A stretch of 64,000 nt of DNA from Octopus bimaculoides (GCF_001194135.2 NC_068982.1:97418994-97482993), one strand, 5' to 3'. Counted from the first letter of the stretch, positions 1 to 13,260 are shown. Made by a program: numbers and translations. Notes: generated by a model from the sequence alone, not told the origin.

Positions 1-76
<76 letters not shown>
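1..76. repeat. (GA)n microsatellite
   Basis: Uninterrupted GA dinucleotide run from the window start. Confidence 0.98.
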
Positions 77-82
<6 letters not shown>

Positions 83-419
83 GAACTGGAGGGGGAATAA
101 TTGATGTAAAATAACTAACTGTTGTACCTCACTGGTACATACACCCGCTTCTTAATATGAATAAGTTACTCTAAGATATACAATGCTTGCAAAAAGGACT
201 ATATGGTCTGGCTGGAGTATCTTTGATTGTAGGTTTGCTCATTCACGACCGTCAAGGGGTTAAACAAACGACAATACCAGCAATAGCAATAGTGACAATA
301 ACAATGTGAACAACAGCAGCAGTAACAACAAAAGTCTTTTCATGTTTTTGCCACATTCATTGCAGCGACTTATTAGGAAGGTGTTACAAGTTGTGGATGT
401 GTGCTCATATTTATATATA

Positions 420-1545
420 TTGGGTCATCTCATACATAATGCAGTTTTTTAGTTGCATAAACTCAAAGTCGGTGGGGGTGGGACGGATAAACTACTTGCA
501 TCAACTTGCTATGAACGCAGGAAGTAATTTTACCTTAACCTTATTCTTGGTGCAAGTTTTGAAGAATGCAGTTGGATTTAAACAGCTATTTCTTCAGAGC
601 TATAATGGAAGTGATGAAGGAGCACATTCGGCATATTTTGCTTTATGAGTTCAATAAAGGCAACAGCGCAACGGAAAGTGCGAGGAATATTAATACAGTA
701 TATGGGGATCGGACAATAAGCGTAAGCCAGTGTCAACGGTTGTTCCAGAAATTCCGAGCCGGAAATTACAGCCTAGAACACGAGCCTCGTCCTGGAAGAT
801 CTGCAGAGCTCGACGAGGACTCCGGCAAACTCTGATGGAACAAAATCTTATCGCAACTGTTGAGGTACTAGCAGAGAAGCTTGGATTTGTTTAATCAACC
901 ATTCATCGACACCTAGGTGCCATAGGAAAAGTCAGCAAATTGGGTCAATGGGTTCCTCACAAACTTATCGAGTCTAATCGCGCACAGAGAGCAAATGTTT
1001 GCTCTTCTATTCTGTCACATCTCACGAATGAACCTTTTTTGGACCGAAGAGTGACTGGTGACGAGAAATGGATTCTCTATGAAAATGTCAAGCGCCGAAG
1101 ACAGTGGGTAAGGAATGGTGAAACGCCAACACATCAGGCTAAAGAAGGTCTTCACCCACATAAGATGTTGTTATCTGTTTGGTGAGATATGAAAGGTTTA
1201 GTCTACTTTGAACTTTGAAATCCACGTTTTTTTTTGGTTTCAAGACGAAAGTTGTTCTTCAATCAGGATAATGCTCGACCACACACAGCGAGGATGACGT
1301 TCTAATAGCAGCAGCAGTTTGAATGAGAAGCAATGCCCCACCCACCATATTTGCTGCACATTGCCCCATCTCATTATCATTTATTCCGCAGTTTTCAAAA
1401 TTATTTGAACAGAAAAAATATGAATTCCGTAGACGAGGTCAGAATAGTACTGAAGGAGTATTTTTCGCTACGGACAAGTGAATTTTGGAAGAGGGGCCTT
1501 GCAAATCTATTAGATAGATGAGAAAACATTGTAGGAATGTGTAGG
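420..1545 (+). mobile_element. Degenerate mariner (D,D34D-type) transposon; 5' TIR present, 3' end lost
   Basis: TA followed by TTGGGTCATCTCATACATAATGCAGTTTTT resembles a mariner TIR. Broken frames give an HTH (IRHILLYEFNKGNSATESARNINTVYG), WVPHKL, VTGDEKWILYEN, KMLLSVW, QDNARPH and HPPY...IAPSHYHLFRS. There are several stops/frameshifts and an internal deletion near 1215-1245. Confidence 0.93.
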
Positions 1546-1574
1546 ATTGTGAGTATGCTGCTCTAAACACTAGG

Positions 1575-1610
<36 letters not shown>

Positions 1611-1621
1611 ACATGCATCTG

Positions 1622-3350
1622 TGTGTGTATGTGTGTGGTATGCTATCAAAAGCTTTTTGATTATCAATCCAGTGTATGCTCATGTTTTTTTTCTTCTTTT
1701 TGAGGCATTTTATAACCCGGTCTAGTAGAAATTGCTTTTTACAATCATACATCCCTTTTCGGTGTCCTTACTTTGGTAAATGTTTATGCTCTCTTTGTGA
1801 CTAACCAATCTGTGACAGAGAACAGATATAAAAGCTTTGTTTGGTGTTGGCAAACAAGTCCTTGGCCTATAGTTTGGGGAGTCTCTGGTGCTTTTGTTTT
1901 GAGGAATTAATGTAGTTTTCCCTGTCCAGCAGCCATCCAGACGTTGATTCTGGTTTACTTACAAGCTCATTAAATGTTACTGCTACATATCAATACGTGC
2001 TGGAGAGGTACTTTGGCAAGAAACTGGGGTCGTTTTGAATGCTAAAAGCTTTGCAATTCCTTGTAGTTTTTAATGTATTGGTGAATTCCATACTTGCTAT
2101 TTTAGGTGATACTTGCGCTACTACTATTATATATTTTTTATCTTCCCTTAGGTATAATTTTGCTGTTTTACTTGCGTTCATTGTTTTTTATCATCTTATT
2201 TACTCCCACTTGTTTGAATTTCCGTTGCTGTTGATGTGTAACTAGTAGTCTTTTATTTTTTGTTAATGTTCCTCCAAAATCTTTTTAGTGTACTTAATTC
2301 AATACTTAATTCAAATAGCTTGTTTTCTTTGAAGAAGCACTCACGTTTTCGAAGCGTCTTATCTTGCATACTTTTGCTGATATGATTTGGCTAAGTTTTT
2401 CTTTCGCTTCTTGAGTTTATTCATTTTTAGCTATTCGAATTTTTTCTCTTCCTTTTCATGGTGAATCACTTTTTCCTCTTCGTTCTTTAGGAATACGTTT
2501 CTTCTTTTTTTTAAACTGCTTTTATATCATGTATTTTTAAAAATCTTTTTGTGGTCAGGGTAAAAGTGAAAATGAGCGGGTGGATCTGTTTCCCTTGGTA
2601 CTGCCACTTGTACTGCATAGATTAGACCATACAATCTGTGGATGTTCGAATAGTTCCAGTGGACAGAATTTCTTGCATAGTCATATTATTAATTTAAAAA
2701 AAATTTTATTGTGAAATTGCTTGTTTGTTTGTAGCATAGTCGAATGTTTACCTCGGTCCATGATCATAAATTTTGTTATGTTCACTTCTAATCCGCTTAT
2801 TGCTTTTATTAGGATTTCCTCAATATTAACTTTGAGATGTGTATTATTTCATTTGTTCCTAAGTGTGGAGCTGAGTGTATCTTATTTTTACGGTTGTGTA
2901 TTTGGGTGATTTTTCTCAAGATTTCTTCAAAAGTGCCGATATCAATTTTAGACTTTAGCCTCTTTTCCTTAGAACCTGTTTCTGATTTGCTGTAGTGCCT
3001 TTCATGTTTCGTGTGCTATGAGTTCTGTCGTATTTTTTAAAATCTTTTGTGGGCTCATTTGTCTTATACGTACATGCAGTCGTTTCTGCTGCGCTGCTTT
3101 CTTTCGTTTGCTGGATTTATATGTCTTCTTTACGTAATGGGTACAGCTGTGATGTTTTCATTAGTTTGCGGTAGCTTATCTTTTCTATGATGATTTGTTT
3201 TTATGTGTAGCTGGTTGTTTCATTTTATTTTCAATGTATATTCTTTCTGAGTATCACATACGATATAATAATTATCAGTTGTACTCACTGGGATAGTTTT
3301 GTTTTCTTTGTATTCAAAACTGTCTCGTTTGTACCACATGTACGCCTTAT
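1622..3350 (-). mobile_element. R4/Dong-clade non-LTR retrotransposon relic (N-terminal region and start of RT)
   Basis: Minus strand reads GMYDCKKQFLLDRVIKCLKKKKKNMSIHWIDNQKAFDSIPH, matching the R4-clade GCKEQLLID...WIDYKKAFDSVPH motif. Upstream remnants include GKTTLIP, P(W)KRK and LYGLIYAVQVAV. It is cut by a (CA)n tract at about 1577-1620; the far boundary is approximate. Confidence 0.8.
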
Positions 3351-3552
3351 TAACGCACGCGTATATTATTTTAACTATATATTTTGTGTGTAAATATCAC
3401 ATTCAGAATAAATGTTAGCTGTACTTGTTGGGACGGACTCTTGTAAAACCACTTTATTTTCCTAAAAATTTCGGATTGGTTTATCGTAATATTTAAGGTT
3501 TTAGGGACAATCAAGTTTTCACATGCATTTTATTCAGCTAAAGATGAAAGGT

Positions 3553-3595
3553 TTCTTCTTCTTCTTCTTCTTCTTCTTCTTCTTCTTCTTCTTCT
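3553..3595. repeat. (TTC)n microsatellite running into an assembly gap
   Basis: Perfect TTC repeats up to the N-run that starts at 3596. Confidence 0.95.
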
Positions 3596-4139
3596 NNNNN
3601 NNNNNNNNNNNNNNNNNNNNNNNNNNNNNNNNNNNNNNNNNNNNNNNNNNNNNNNNNNNNNNNNNNNNNNNNNNNNNNNNNNNNNNNNNNNNNNNNNNNN
3701 NNNNNNNNNNNNNNNNNNNNNNNNNNNNNNNNNNNNNNNNNNNNNNNNNNNNNNNNNNNNNNNNNNNNNNNNNNNNNNNNNNNNNNNNNNNNNNNNNNNN
3801 NNNNNNNNNNNNNNNNNNNNNNNNNNNNNNNNNNNNNNNNNNNNNNNNNNNNNNNNNNNNNNNNNNNNNNNNNNNNNNNNNNNNNNNNNNNNNNNNNNNN
3901 NNNNNNNNNNNNNNNNNNNNNNNNNNNNNNNNNNNNNNNNNNNNNNNNNNNNNNNNNNNNNNNNNNNNNNNNNNNNNNNNNNNNNNNNNNNNNNNNNNNN
4001 NNNNNNNNNNNNNNNNNNNNNNNNNNNNNNNNNNNNNNNNNNNNNNNNNNNNNNNNNNNNNNNNNNNNNNNNNNNNNNNNNNNNNNNNNNNNNNNNNNNN
4101 NNNNNNNNNNNNNNNNNNNNNNNNNNNNNNNNNNNNNNN
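3596..4139. other. Assembly gap (others: 5666-5699, 13361-14329, 16173-16496, 26326-27265, 28699-28767, 42182-42191, 48421-48563, 61420-61429, 63646-63863)
   Basis: N-runs, mostly bordered by microsatellites, as expected in a short-read scaffold. Confidence 0.99.
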
Positions 4140-4306
4140 CGCTATCAGAAAAATTTTTGTCGTTAAAATTTTCTTTTTATCAAGTTGCCATTGTTTACAT
4201 TTTGGTGTAAATAAAATGCTTCTCTATTTTTGAAATCTCCACTTTGTGATCTGCATCTTGAAAGAGTTTAGAAAAAAGAAAACAACCCCTCACACGAACC
4301 TGGTGA

Positions 4307-5510
4307 TTGTCGAAGATTTCCTTCCTTTTCCCTCCGTTACTGGCGAAAGGAGAAAGGGAGGAGAAAAAGGAGACAGTTGCAGTACAAAGTCCACCTCGTA
4401 GTAACAGCAGTAGTAGCAGTGTCAGCAGCAGCAGCAGTAGTAGATGTGGTAGTCACAACAACAACAACGAAGGAGACAGCAACAGCAGCAGCAGTAGCGA
4501 TGGCAACAGCAACAACGATAGCAAAAGTGATGACAGCAACATTAAAACCAACACCAACAACATCGACAATAGCAATGACAACAACAACGGCAGCAGCAGC
4601 CACAACAACAGCAGCAGCAACAACAACAACAAAAACAACGAGAACATTACCAACAACAAAAACAACGAGAACATTACCAACAACAAAAGCACGTTCGCGG
4701 CAGCAGCAGCAAAAAGGAAGCAACGCTTTACCGTGGACCTCACAAATAGAGATGAAATGTTAACCCAGGCATGGAAACTGATTAAACAAGAAAAAACTTG
4801 GGCCAATCTAACTATTCCATCATGTGCAATTGAAGCAGTGGAGAAAAGAACGGTGCTTTTCAGATGCATCTCAGCGGAGACGAAAGGAGCGGCTTTAATA
4901 GCCCAAGTGGATATTGAGGCGGCGCTGAGTGCATCAGAGATGACACCGATACATAACGAGGGGCAAACAAAACGGCACCCTTTCGGTGCTGTTTAAGTCA
5001 GAAGCCCTCGCTATGAAACATTCAATGACCCCTTGCAAAACCAGCAAAGTCATTATGTACCCCCACCCACATGGGGAAACGTACAACATGTTTCCGCTTT
5101 CCTAGGATCCCACTAGGACTTGATATTTTGTGGCTTCTGGGATCCGAATTCGCGGAGGGGACGGATGCTTTCCCAATAGAGGTGACAAGAATTGTCAGAG
5201 ATGACTGATCCGGGGTTGACCTGGAGATACTTTTCCTGATCAGATTCGAAAACATAAAAAGAAAGAATCCCGGACCAGATCCGTCTCCAGAACGGGTCAG
5301 TGATACACATAATGTCTGAGGGCAAAAGGTCGCATTGTTTTGCTTGTGGAGAAACTACTCATTTGCGAATCCACTTCCCCCAACTGATAAAAAGTGTAAG
5401 GGATCAAAGATCTCCACTGTTGCCTTTGCCGGGACGAGGACCACAAACAACACTGGCACCGGCAAAACCACCAGCAACAACACCAAAGACACTAAACCCC
5501 TAGGGGGAAA
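4307..5510 (+). pseudogene. Tx1 ORF1 (gag-like) remnant: Ser/Asn-rich N-terminus and CCHC knuckle
   Basis: A 229-codon open segment (4307-4996) continues through frameshifts to CFACGETTHLRIHFP (~5335-5380), a CX2CX4HX4C knuckle with the last Cys changed to Phe. Confidence 0.7.
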
Positions 5511-6329
5511 CGTGGAAAGTTCTCCCACCCCCACACACCAAACAAAAATACAAACACCACCCACGCAACATCTCCACAATTACACCAACACGAACACATC
5601 CGACACCATCACTATCACCAGAATCCCCCAAACGCAAACACTCTAAACAGACACAAGAGCAAACANNNNNNNNNNNNNNNNNNNNNNNNNNNNNNNNNNA
5701 AGATGAAGGAAAACCAAAAGACTCCCTTCAAAAAAACAAAAACAAAAAGAGAGCACAAAAGAAAAACAAAGCATAACAACACCCACAATAAAAAATACAA
5801 ACACCACCCACGCAACATCTCCACAATTACACCAACACGAACACATCCGACACCATCACTATCACCAGAATCCCCCAAACGCAAACACTCTAAACAGACA
5901 CAAGAGCAAACACTCACACAAACATCTAAAACTGCAGATAGCACACTCACAGCATAGATCGACACAGCCGAAACAACAAGACCATCACCACTCCAGTCAA
6001 GCAAACAAATTAAGCAGCACCAACACAAAACACCCAACTTCGTACTCATCAGAAGGGACAACGAGGAACTGATGGCCCTCGTAAAACAAAAATATTGAAT
6101 TTCAAACAAGGGGATTCATTTTCGAATCGAGTACATTTCGCATACCAGATTTGCTTCTGGTGCGAATGACGCTCGATGCCTACGCTAAAATTCGAGAGAA
6201 CTTTCCTGAAGACACCGGAATCGCAAACGTGAGAACCACATCGAGGCTCTTAAAGGGGTCCCCCCCAAAAACCTCCCCACCAATTATGGAAGTAAGTAAA
6301 CCTTTCCTTTCTCTCTTTAGCTTGCCAGC

Positions 6330-8741
6330 ATGGTCATATTAAGAGTAGGAATTTTAAATGTTCGAGACCTGGGGTCGCTCTGGAAGCAAAGGCGCCTGCT
6401 CAACGACTACAAGTCTTTAGAATTGGATGTAGTCGCTGTCAGTGAGACCAGGATTTTACAATACATGGGCACAGGCCCCCATGTTTGACGACTGTCAGAT
6501 CTTTGCAACTGTTAATCGGCTGGGAATGGGAGGTGGAGTTGCAGTGCTGTTTAGGAAAGAACTGAATCTCGAGGCAAAGTTGGTGGTCCTAGACATGAGC
6601 AATAGTGAAGGCAGTGTGTTTAGACTGGTGGCCATCTACGTCACTACTGGAGTCAAACGGCCGGATTTATTTGGGTGTCTGGAAGCCTTTCTCGGTACGT
6701 CTAACACTTTATTGTTAGTAGGGGACTAGATCAGAATCTTAAACCAACGCTAGGATTATGTGGGAGTAGCTCAAGCACTTGATCTGCCAGTTCCAACTGT
6801 CTGAAAGCTACCGACGAGATTTCCCTAATGCGCCAGTGTGAACCTTGACCAAAACCCTTAGGGTCATCTAGATCGTATATAGATAGGATTTTCACTTGGA
6901 AAATAGATAGTGATAGTGTAGGATGTCCACTTTTTAAAACGGTCGCCTATTCAGATCATAAGTTTGTAATCTGTACGGTCGACCAAAATAAGACGTGTAG
7001 TACTAGAAGCTGAACATGTCGTTTCCGGCACGTAAGGCTTACAGGGACCGGGTCAGCAATTTAGTTAAACAGAAGTTTACTGGCGGAGTCGTCAACAACA
7101 GGAGGTGGGCGGCACTCAAAAGAAAGATTAGAGCAATATCGATAGGGTTTAGCAAAGAAGTAGCGTTAGAAAAAATAAAAAGGAGGGGTTAGTTGCTAAA
7201 TAGAAAAGGGAAGGTGAAAGCAAGAGGGACACATTAGATAACTTCAGGCCCATAACTCTGCTTAACACTGAGTTTAAGATTTTGGCCAAGGTGTTAGCGA
7301 AGAGGTTGGCATTTGTCGTCGAGGATTTGGTTGGGGAGGCGTAAACCTGCGCATTCCCGACCAGGTCCATACACGACAACCTCCACCTCACGCGATACAT
7401 CATAGAAAGAGTAAGATTAAACCCTGACTTCGGTGGGGCGCTGATTAATTTAGATCAATCGAAAGCATTCGATAGGGTCGACTGTTGGTATCTGGAGGCT
7501 GTCGTCAAAGCGGCTGGCTTCGGCCCCGTCTTCAGAGGCTGGATCGCTGCAATGCACAGCAGCATCTGCTCGGTGGTCAAAGTTAGTGGCCACCTCTCGG
7601 AACCGTTTCAGATCTTCCGATCGGTTCGTCAAGGGTGCTGTCTCTCCTCCCTTCTGCACATATTGGCTCTTGAGCCTTTACTGCAAAAGCTGCAGCTGCT
7701 GCAGAGCATCCCGCTCGAACCGGGATATGGAAGAGCTATGTCATCGAATGCGGACTACATCACCGTGATGGTGTCGGACACCTCAGAAATCGAGATGTCG
7801 GCACATCATTGGGGGAATATCAAAAGTTGACGGGAGCAAAACTTAACCCCGAAAAGTCAGTGGGCTTGCAACTCGGCATCTGGAGAAGCAAGTCCATGCC
7901 GTCCAACAGTATCGTTGGGCGTTGGACGGACGGACCGGTAAAGTTGCTTGGGATTTGGTTCGAACCAGACCTCCAGGTGGTAAGAATTAGGACGAGGTGA
8001 CGTGTAGGGTAGCCAGTCTCACTCAGAAATGGGCTACGAAGAAGCTGTCACTGAAAGGTCGAGCGGAGGCGGCGAATTCGTACATCGCGTCCGTCATCTA
8101 CTACCGCTTGACCGATCAGTGGAACATTCACTCTCGACTTCTATAGAGGGTTAGTGGAGAGAAAGAGCGATGATGCACTCGGAGAGGAGCTGAACTGATC
8201 AGTCTGTTCAAGAGGACTTTCGAGCTGGAGACAATGGATAACTTCCAGAAATCCGTAGCTTGGCAGAGCTACCGAAGGTCACTGTCGGTTCGAGTTAAAC
8301 TCTACAGGCACGGAAGTGCTGTCAGATGGGCCTGCCCGAGATGCGCGCAGAGCGACGAAACAGTTCTGCACGCACTCGTCCAGTGTCTTTGCATTACTGA
8401 CTTGTGGAGTAATGTTGAACAGCTGTTATCACGTGTAGGAAGGAACCGGCTAACGGCCGGGTCCATAGTGAAGATCGATCCGCCGCCTCCCATTGGTCCG
8501 GAAGAGCAGGCAGTTTTCCTTGGTCTGATAGCAGAGCGAAAGCGGTTGTATGGTAGACCAGGTTGAAAGACAGACACTTTTCTCTTCGGCCAATCTCTCA
8601 TCAACTTTTTTCAAATTTCACTTGGAAAGGAAGATGAGGGTGCAGAGAGAAGTGCTGCCTCCCACTACATTTGTTAAAAGGTTACTGAATCTAGCAAAAA
8701 TGGTCGGTGTGAGTGGACCTACTCTAATAATTCGTGTGTAG
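6330..8741 (+). pseudogene. Tx1 ORF2 (APE endonuclease + reverse transcriptase + zinc finger), frameshifted and internally deleted
   Basis: APE motifs: MVILRVGILNVRDL...DVVAVSET, GGGVAVLF, LLLVGD, YIDRIF, YSDHKFV. RT motifs: NFRPITLLNTEFKILAKVLAKRL, LDQSKAFDRVD, SVRQGCCLSSLLHILALEPL, NADYIT (degenerate YADD). Zinc finger: CPRCAQSDETVLHALVQC. The EN-RT linker is largely missing near 7150-7220. Confidence 0.92.
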
Positions 8742-8990
8742 GCTAGTGAATTTGAGAAGGACCCTTCCCGGATGCCCTCGAAGCGTCGAGTGGTTCAGGA
8801 TTGGTGGGGTACCTGAGCCAACTCCAGGTGGTTACCCCGCTATTGGGGAACTTTTATTGTTTTATTCTTCTTGTTTGATATTATTGTTATTGTTTTAATT
8901 GTGTACTCGTTGTTTTGTGTACAATCCCCACTCTACGTCTACTGTATCGTCCCCTGTATGTCGGCCAATAAATAAAACAACAACAACAAC

Positions 8991-9025
<35 letters not shown>

Positions 9026-9891
9026 CGTGTCTTCTAAAAATACACAGTTTTATAGCTATATTCGAAATAAATCATTATACCAGTGCTCGATAAAATAATT
9101 ATCAGTTAAGTATTGAGTTGTTTTGAATCGACTGTGCCTTCCTCAAAATGTTTGTACTTCTGCCAATGTTAGAAATCAATAATTAAGAATGAAATACTTC
9201 CCTCCCAACGAACGCGTGCATCATCCTTTCCATTTGCTTTATCAAAGTAGTTCGAGAAATTTCTGCCATATGCAATTTTTTTTCTTTAAACACCAAGTCA
9301 CGCCTCACAATTCAATTATCTCACATTCTAACTCTGTTCGTTGTTCATTTATCGAATATCAAGTCCCTTAGGGAAAGAAAAATGCAAGAATGACTTCTAT
9401 GCAAAACAAATTACGGTGCTTCATCAGAGAAACACCGAAGGTTCATACATTTAAAATTCATACGAACTTCGTTATCAATTTCAAGAAGGATTTTCCAATA
9501 CTTTACTGGATATTTCGTCTGCCGCGAATGAAAAGGGAATGGGTAAGCTATGATTTTAAGAATTGATCAACGTCGTTTCAAGCATTTACAATGCACCCAT
9601 ACATGCATATACACACACATACACTCAAGTACAAATGCAGATATGTATAGAAAAGAAAAAAAAAGCTTAAAAGTACAAGTAGAGAAAAAAGAGGAGCATC
9701 TCAGCATTGAATATTTATGGGAAAATCCGATGGAATAAATAATTCAGTCAAACAAATTATGATGCAGATGTTTGTCTGATAATATGGTGATATATACTGG
9801 TCGATCTCCAATTCGTTGAAACACTAAAGGGATTTAACACTATAAGCTCACTCCATGTGTGTATGCGTGTCATACATACATACCTACATAC

Positions 9892-9926
<35 letters not shown>

Positions 9927-10173
9927 TATATATACACACACACACGTATATATACATGCTTGTGTCTGTGTAAGTATGCGTTTACATGTGTTTACATGTA
10001 ATACTTTACGTGAAAAGCTATTTAGTCTTTTTGATAGGGATATGTATCATTAAATAACAAGTTTGATGCATTTCATTTTATCACAATAAACCTCGTTATC
10101 ACTTCATGTTGTTTCAGCGGTTATGGAAAAGTCGACAGTGACTGTTCAAGGTGTGATTCCTCGTTGCTCCACG

Positions 10174-10266
<93 letters not shown>
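10174..10266. repeat. Compound (TATC)n(TGTC)n tetranucleotide microsatellite
   Basis: Direct reading; similar tracts occur at ~17905, ~18165, ~29065 and ~49430. Confidence 0.95.
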
Positions 10267-10267
<1 letters not shown>

Positions 10268-11846
10268 AATATTTGTCAGTCTGACTGCCAGTGTGCTTTG
10301 TCTACCAATGTATGTGTATTTATGTATATATAGGTGTATTTATGAGTTTGTTTATTATGGAAAATACAGAATTCATTGTGGATAACTTATCTGTATTCCA
10401 GTTTCATATTCTACAAATGTAATTAACGCACATACTTATATTCGTAAACCTATGAATGCTGATAGCAATGCTACAATTAAATACTTTTGATAAGAATTGT
10501 TATTGTTTCATAATACATATTTAAACAGATCTATAAATAATGTTCGAATTTCACCACCCAACAAAAAAATACAAATAAAGGAGTATTGAATGGAAAGTGC
10601 AAAGAGAACAGGAAATGTAGCTGAATGGAAGTTAAAGGAATTCTGCGCTGGAACATAACATTGCCATCTGTAGATATCAAACAGACAAATCATACTGCTT
10701 TAGATATTCTTCTACTCACTATAATTTTTTGTGCTTCCGGTATTAGTTTCTCTATATTTCTCTTTCGTTTGTAGAAAGAGAAATATTTTCAGGAAGAGTT
10801 CTTGGATGGAATGTATTACCGTTACTCTTGGCACTGTAATATTGCTGCAGGCTGGCTATATGTTTTCGCTTGTGTCATATTCATGACAATAACATCTGGC
10901 AATTCCCTTCCACATATTGTTTTAATTGATATTAAGATCTAGTTGGAGGAGGATTCGTTAAAAACTCTTTTAAATTCAAGAATATAAAAAGAGAAGTCTC
11001 AGCTGTCTCGGTAAATTACTACAGGACCAAGTCTCAAGATGGTCACTCGATCCGCTAGAAATAACAACAAATATCCTTCAAGTAACGCTCTACCATCTTC
11101 TAAAAAAGAATAGCATATTGGTTAATGTAGTCCTATGAATGAATGAACGACTAGATGACCACAGCCGGAACGTTTTTTAAAAATTATAAATATATTCAAT
11201 TATGAATGACTCGGTACAAACAATAAAAATAACTAAAATTGGGACTATAGAGTACAAAAATTAGAGAATTACAAATGTAAGAAACACAAATACCGAAAAG
11301 TGCGCCTGAGTGGGTTTGAAATCTATAGTTTATTAGAAATATCATTTCCATTTCTGTGACTTGTAAAATTATGACAGGCGGAAGCGAAGCCTTAAATTGA
11401 AAATTGGTATATGACTTTAAATAAGATGGCAGCTTAACCAGAGGGATTCAAAGATTCTGTATAATCTTAAAAATATACATATATGTCTCTGATGACAAAA
11501 CGCCCCTCTACATACGAACACAGACCAAACTGGTGCGTTTGGCATGAAGCCAAACACACAAAAGTTAAAGTAGTAGTTTAAAATGTCTACTGATTGGAAA
11601 GCGATCCATCATTGTATTGGTATATATTTGCAATAGTTACGTGTAGATCTGTGTATAGAATAAAATGCACTTCTCAAAATACGAAGGCCAATATTGAACT
11701 TGAACATCTGGTCTAGGAGTAGACGCTCTTATAACTTATTCAATCAGCCATCGTGCCCCTATGAGCAGTCTCACATATAAGCACAAACTTAAGATGGTAC
11801 AAATCAATTTTATAACTACTTTTTGTAGTAAGGTTCGGAATGGTTC

Positions 11847-11916
<70 letters not shown>

Positions 11917-11919
<3 letters not shown>

Positions 11920-12510
11920 AGCAACATTGCCGTAATCTCATAACGATATGGCGAGACTACAAGAAGACGTTCGACTCTGTCCTTCACTCATGGATGATAG
12001 AATCGCTACACCTTGCAAAAGTATCAGCTGCTATAGGGAGTACCATTGAAAGACTGACCATAACATGGTCCACACAGTTATCACTAAAATACTAAAGCAA
12101 CACCTATTTTCACAAACAAAATTGAGTTATCAACAGGCATATTCTAGGGTGATAGTTTATCTGTAATGTTGTTTGTACTAGTAGTGAATCCCTTGTCAAT
12201 CCTGTTAACAAAATGCTAAGGCCACATGCTGGGATATGCAGAAAAGAATAAAATTAATGTCAATCAATAATTTTTTGTTGATGACCTTAAGTTATATTCA
12301 AGTAATATGATCAACATGAAGAGACAACAAGAATTAGTCACAACATTCTCACGAGATATAGGACTGGAGTTTGGGCAAACATAACAAACCTGACATTGTT
12401 CTGTGGAGCAGGGAACAAAAGTCATACACTATTGTCGAGGTCAGCTGCCCAGCAGATGTTAATGTAGAAGTCCAGAGAAAAGAGAACATTTATGGTGAAT
12501 TAATGTGAAA
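11917..12510 (+). mobile_element. R4/Dong-clade fragment: RT core joined directly to the restriction-like endonuclease region
   Basis: RT motifs: WRDYKKTFDSVLHSWMIESL, TGIF*GDSLSVMLFVLVVNPLS, FFVDDLKLYS, IGLEFG. These are followed immediately by HNKPDIVL...IVEVSCPADVNV, the PD-(D/E)xK-type REL motif. Confidence 0.85.
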
Positions 12511-12659
12511 TTTACAGCTCTTGTTCCCTGACTGTGAATTCTCATTTGTACATGTCATCATAAGTACATTACGTTGTGTATTAACAAATTTGCACAAAAA
12601 CATAGAAATTCTTCAAACCCAAGCTATTAGTGGCATATATACATACATACATTCATTCA

Positions 12660-13260
12660 TATATATATAATTAGAGATTAAAGTACCCTCATTAAGGGAT
12701 TAAAATATCCAATGAATTACTGGTTCATTACCTAGTATTTTTTGTGAATTGTGATATAAAATAATTGGTCTAAATATAAATCTTGGTTTATAAATATTCA
12801 AAAGGAAATTCAGAAAATGGAGATGTAGCATTAAAATATTTTATTAAATGCAAAATTCCAGCATATTCTCTTACAGCTGTTTCAATTTTGCCTAAAGATT
12901 AAATTATAATAATTAAATCATTATATCAAGCAAAATCTCATCAGAGGGGTAGAAAAGATATATCGTTAGGTCACTAGGTGTTGTGTTTTCAAATCCTCTC
13001 AACAGACTGAATATTATTTTGTTGCTAATATTGGTATAAACCCGGACCAAGGATTATAGATTGTTTTGGTGGGTAATGGATAATGTGGATATAATCAGGG
13101 TAGTAATTGGTAAATAAATAAATGAAGGTTAGATAGTGAGTTACAGTAAATAATGGTATCATATGAATGAGGGAAAAAATTAATGAATACTTTTGTAATT
13201 TGTTTATAAAATTGAGGGAAGTTAATGTGAAAAATAGATAAAACATATATTAATCCTGGT
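12660..13260 (-). mobile_element. Highly degenerate Penelope-like RT remnant (tentative)
   Basis: Broken minus-strand frames give G..PILA, FA*YNDLIIII (RYxDD-like) and YFNATSPFSEFPFEY. About 240 bp is shared with 15017-15250 in inverted orientation. Confidence 0.35.

Larger units (their letters stand above)
4141..9022 (+). mobile_element. Tx1/L1-clade LINE, two-ORF, near full length but inactivated
   Basis: ORF1 has a zinc-knuckle remnant. ORF2 has APE, RT and C-terminal CxxC...H...C motifs. The 3' UTR ends with AATAAA (8967) and an (AAC)n(AAT)n tail. The 5' boundary is hidden by the gap. Confidence 0.92.

Noticed and set aside
3553-4140. (TTC)n upstream of the Tx1 element, suggesting TTC-target specificity as in Koshi-type Tx1 families
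   Set aside because: It is separated from the element by a 544-N gap, and the 3' flank is AAC/AAT with no TTC target duplication.
5544-5912. Identical 122-bp duplication (5544-5665 and 5791-5912) inside the Tx1 element
   Set aside because: The copies are 100% identical and the first ends exactly at a 34-N gap, which is typical of overlapping contig ends rather than biology.
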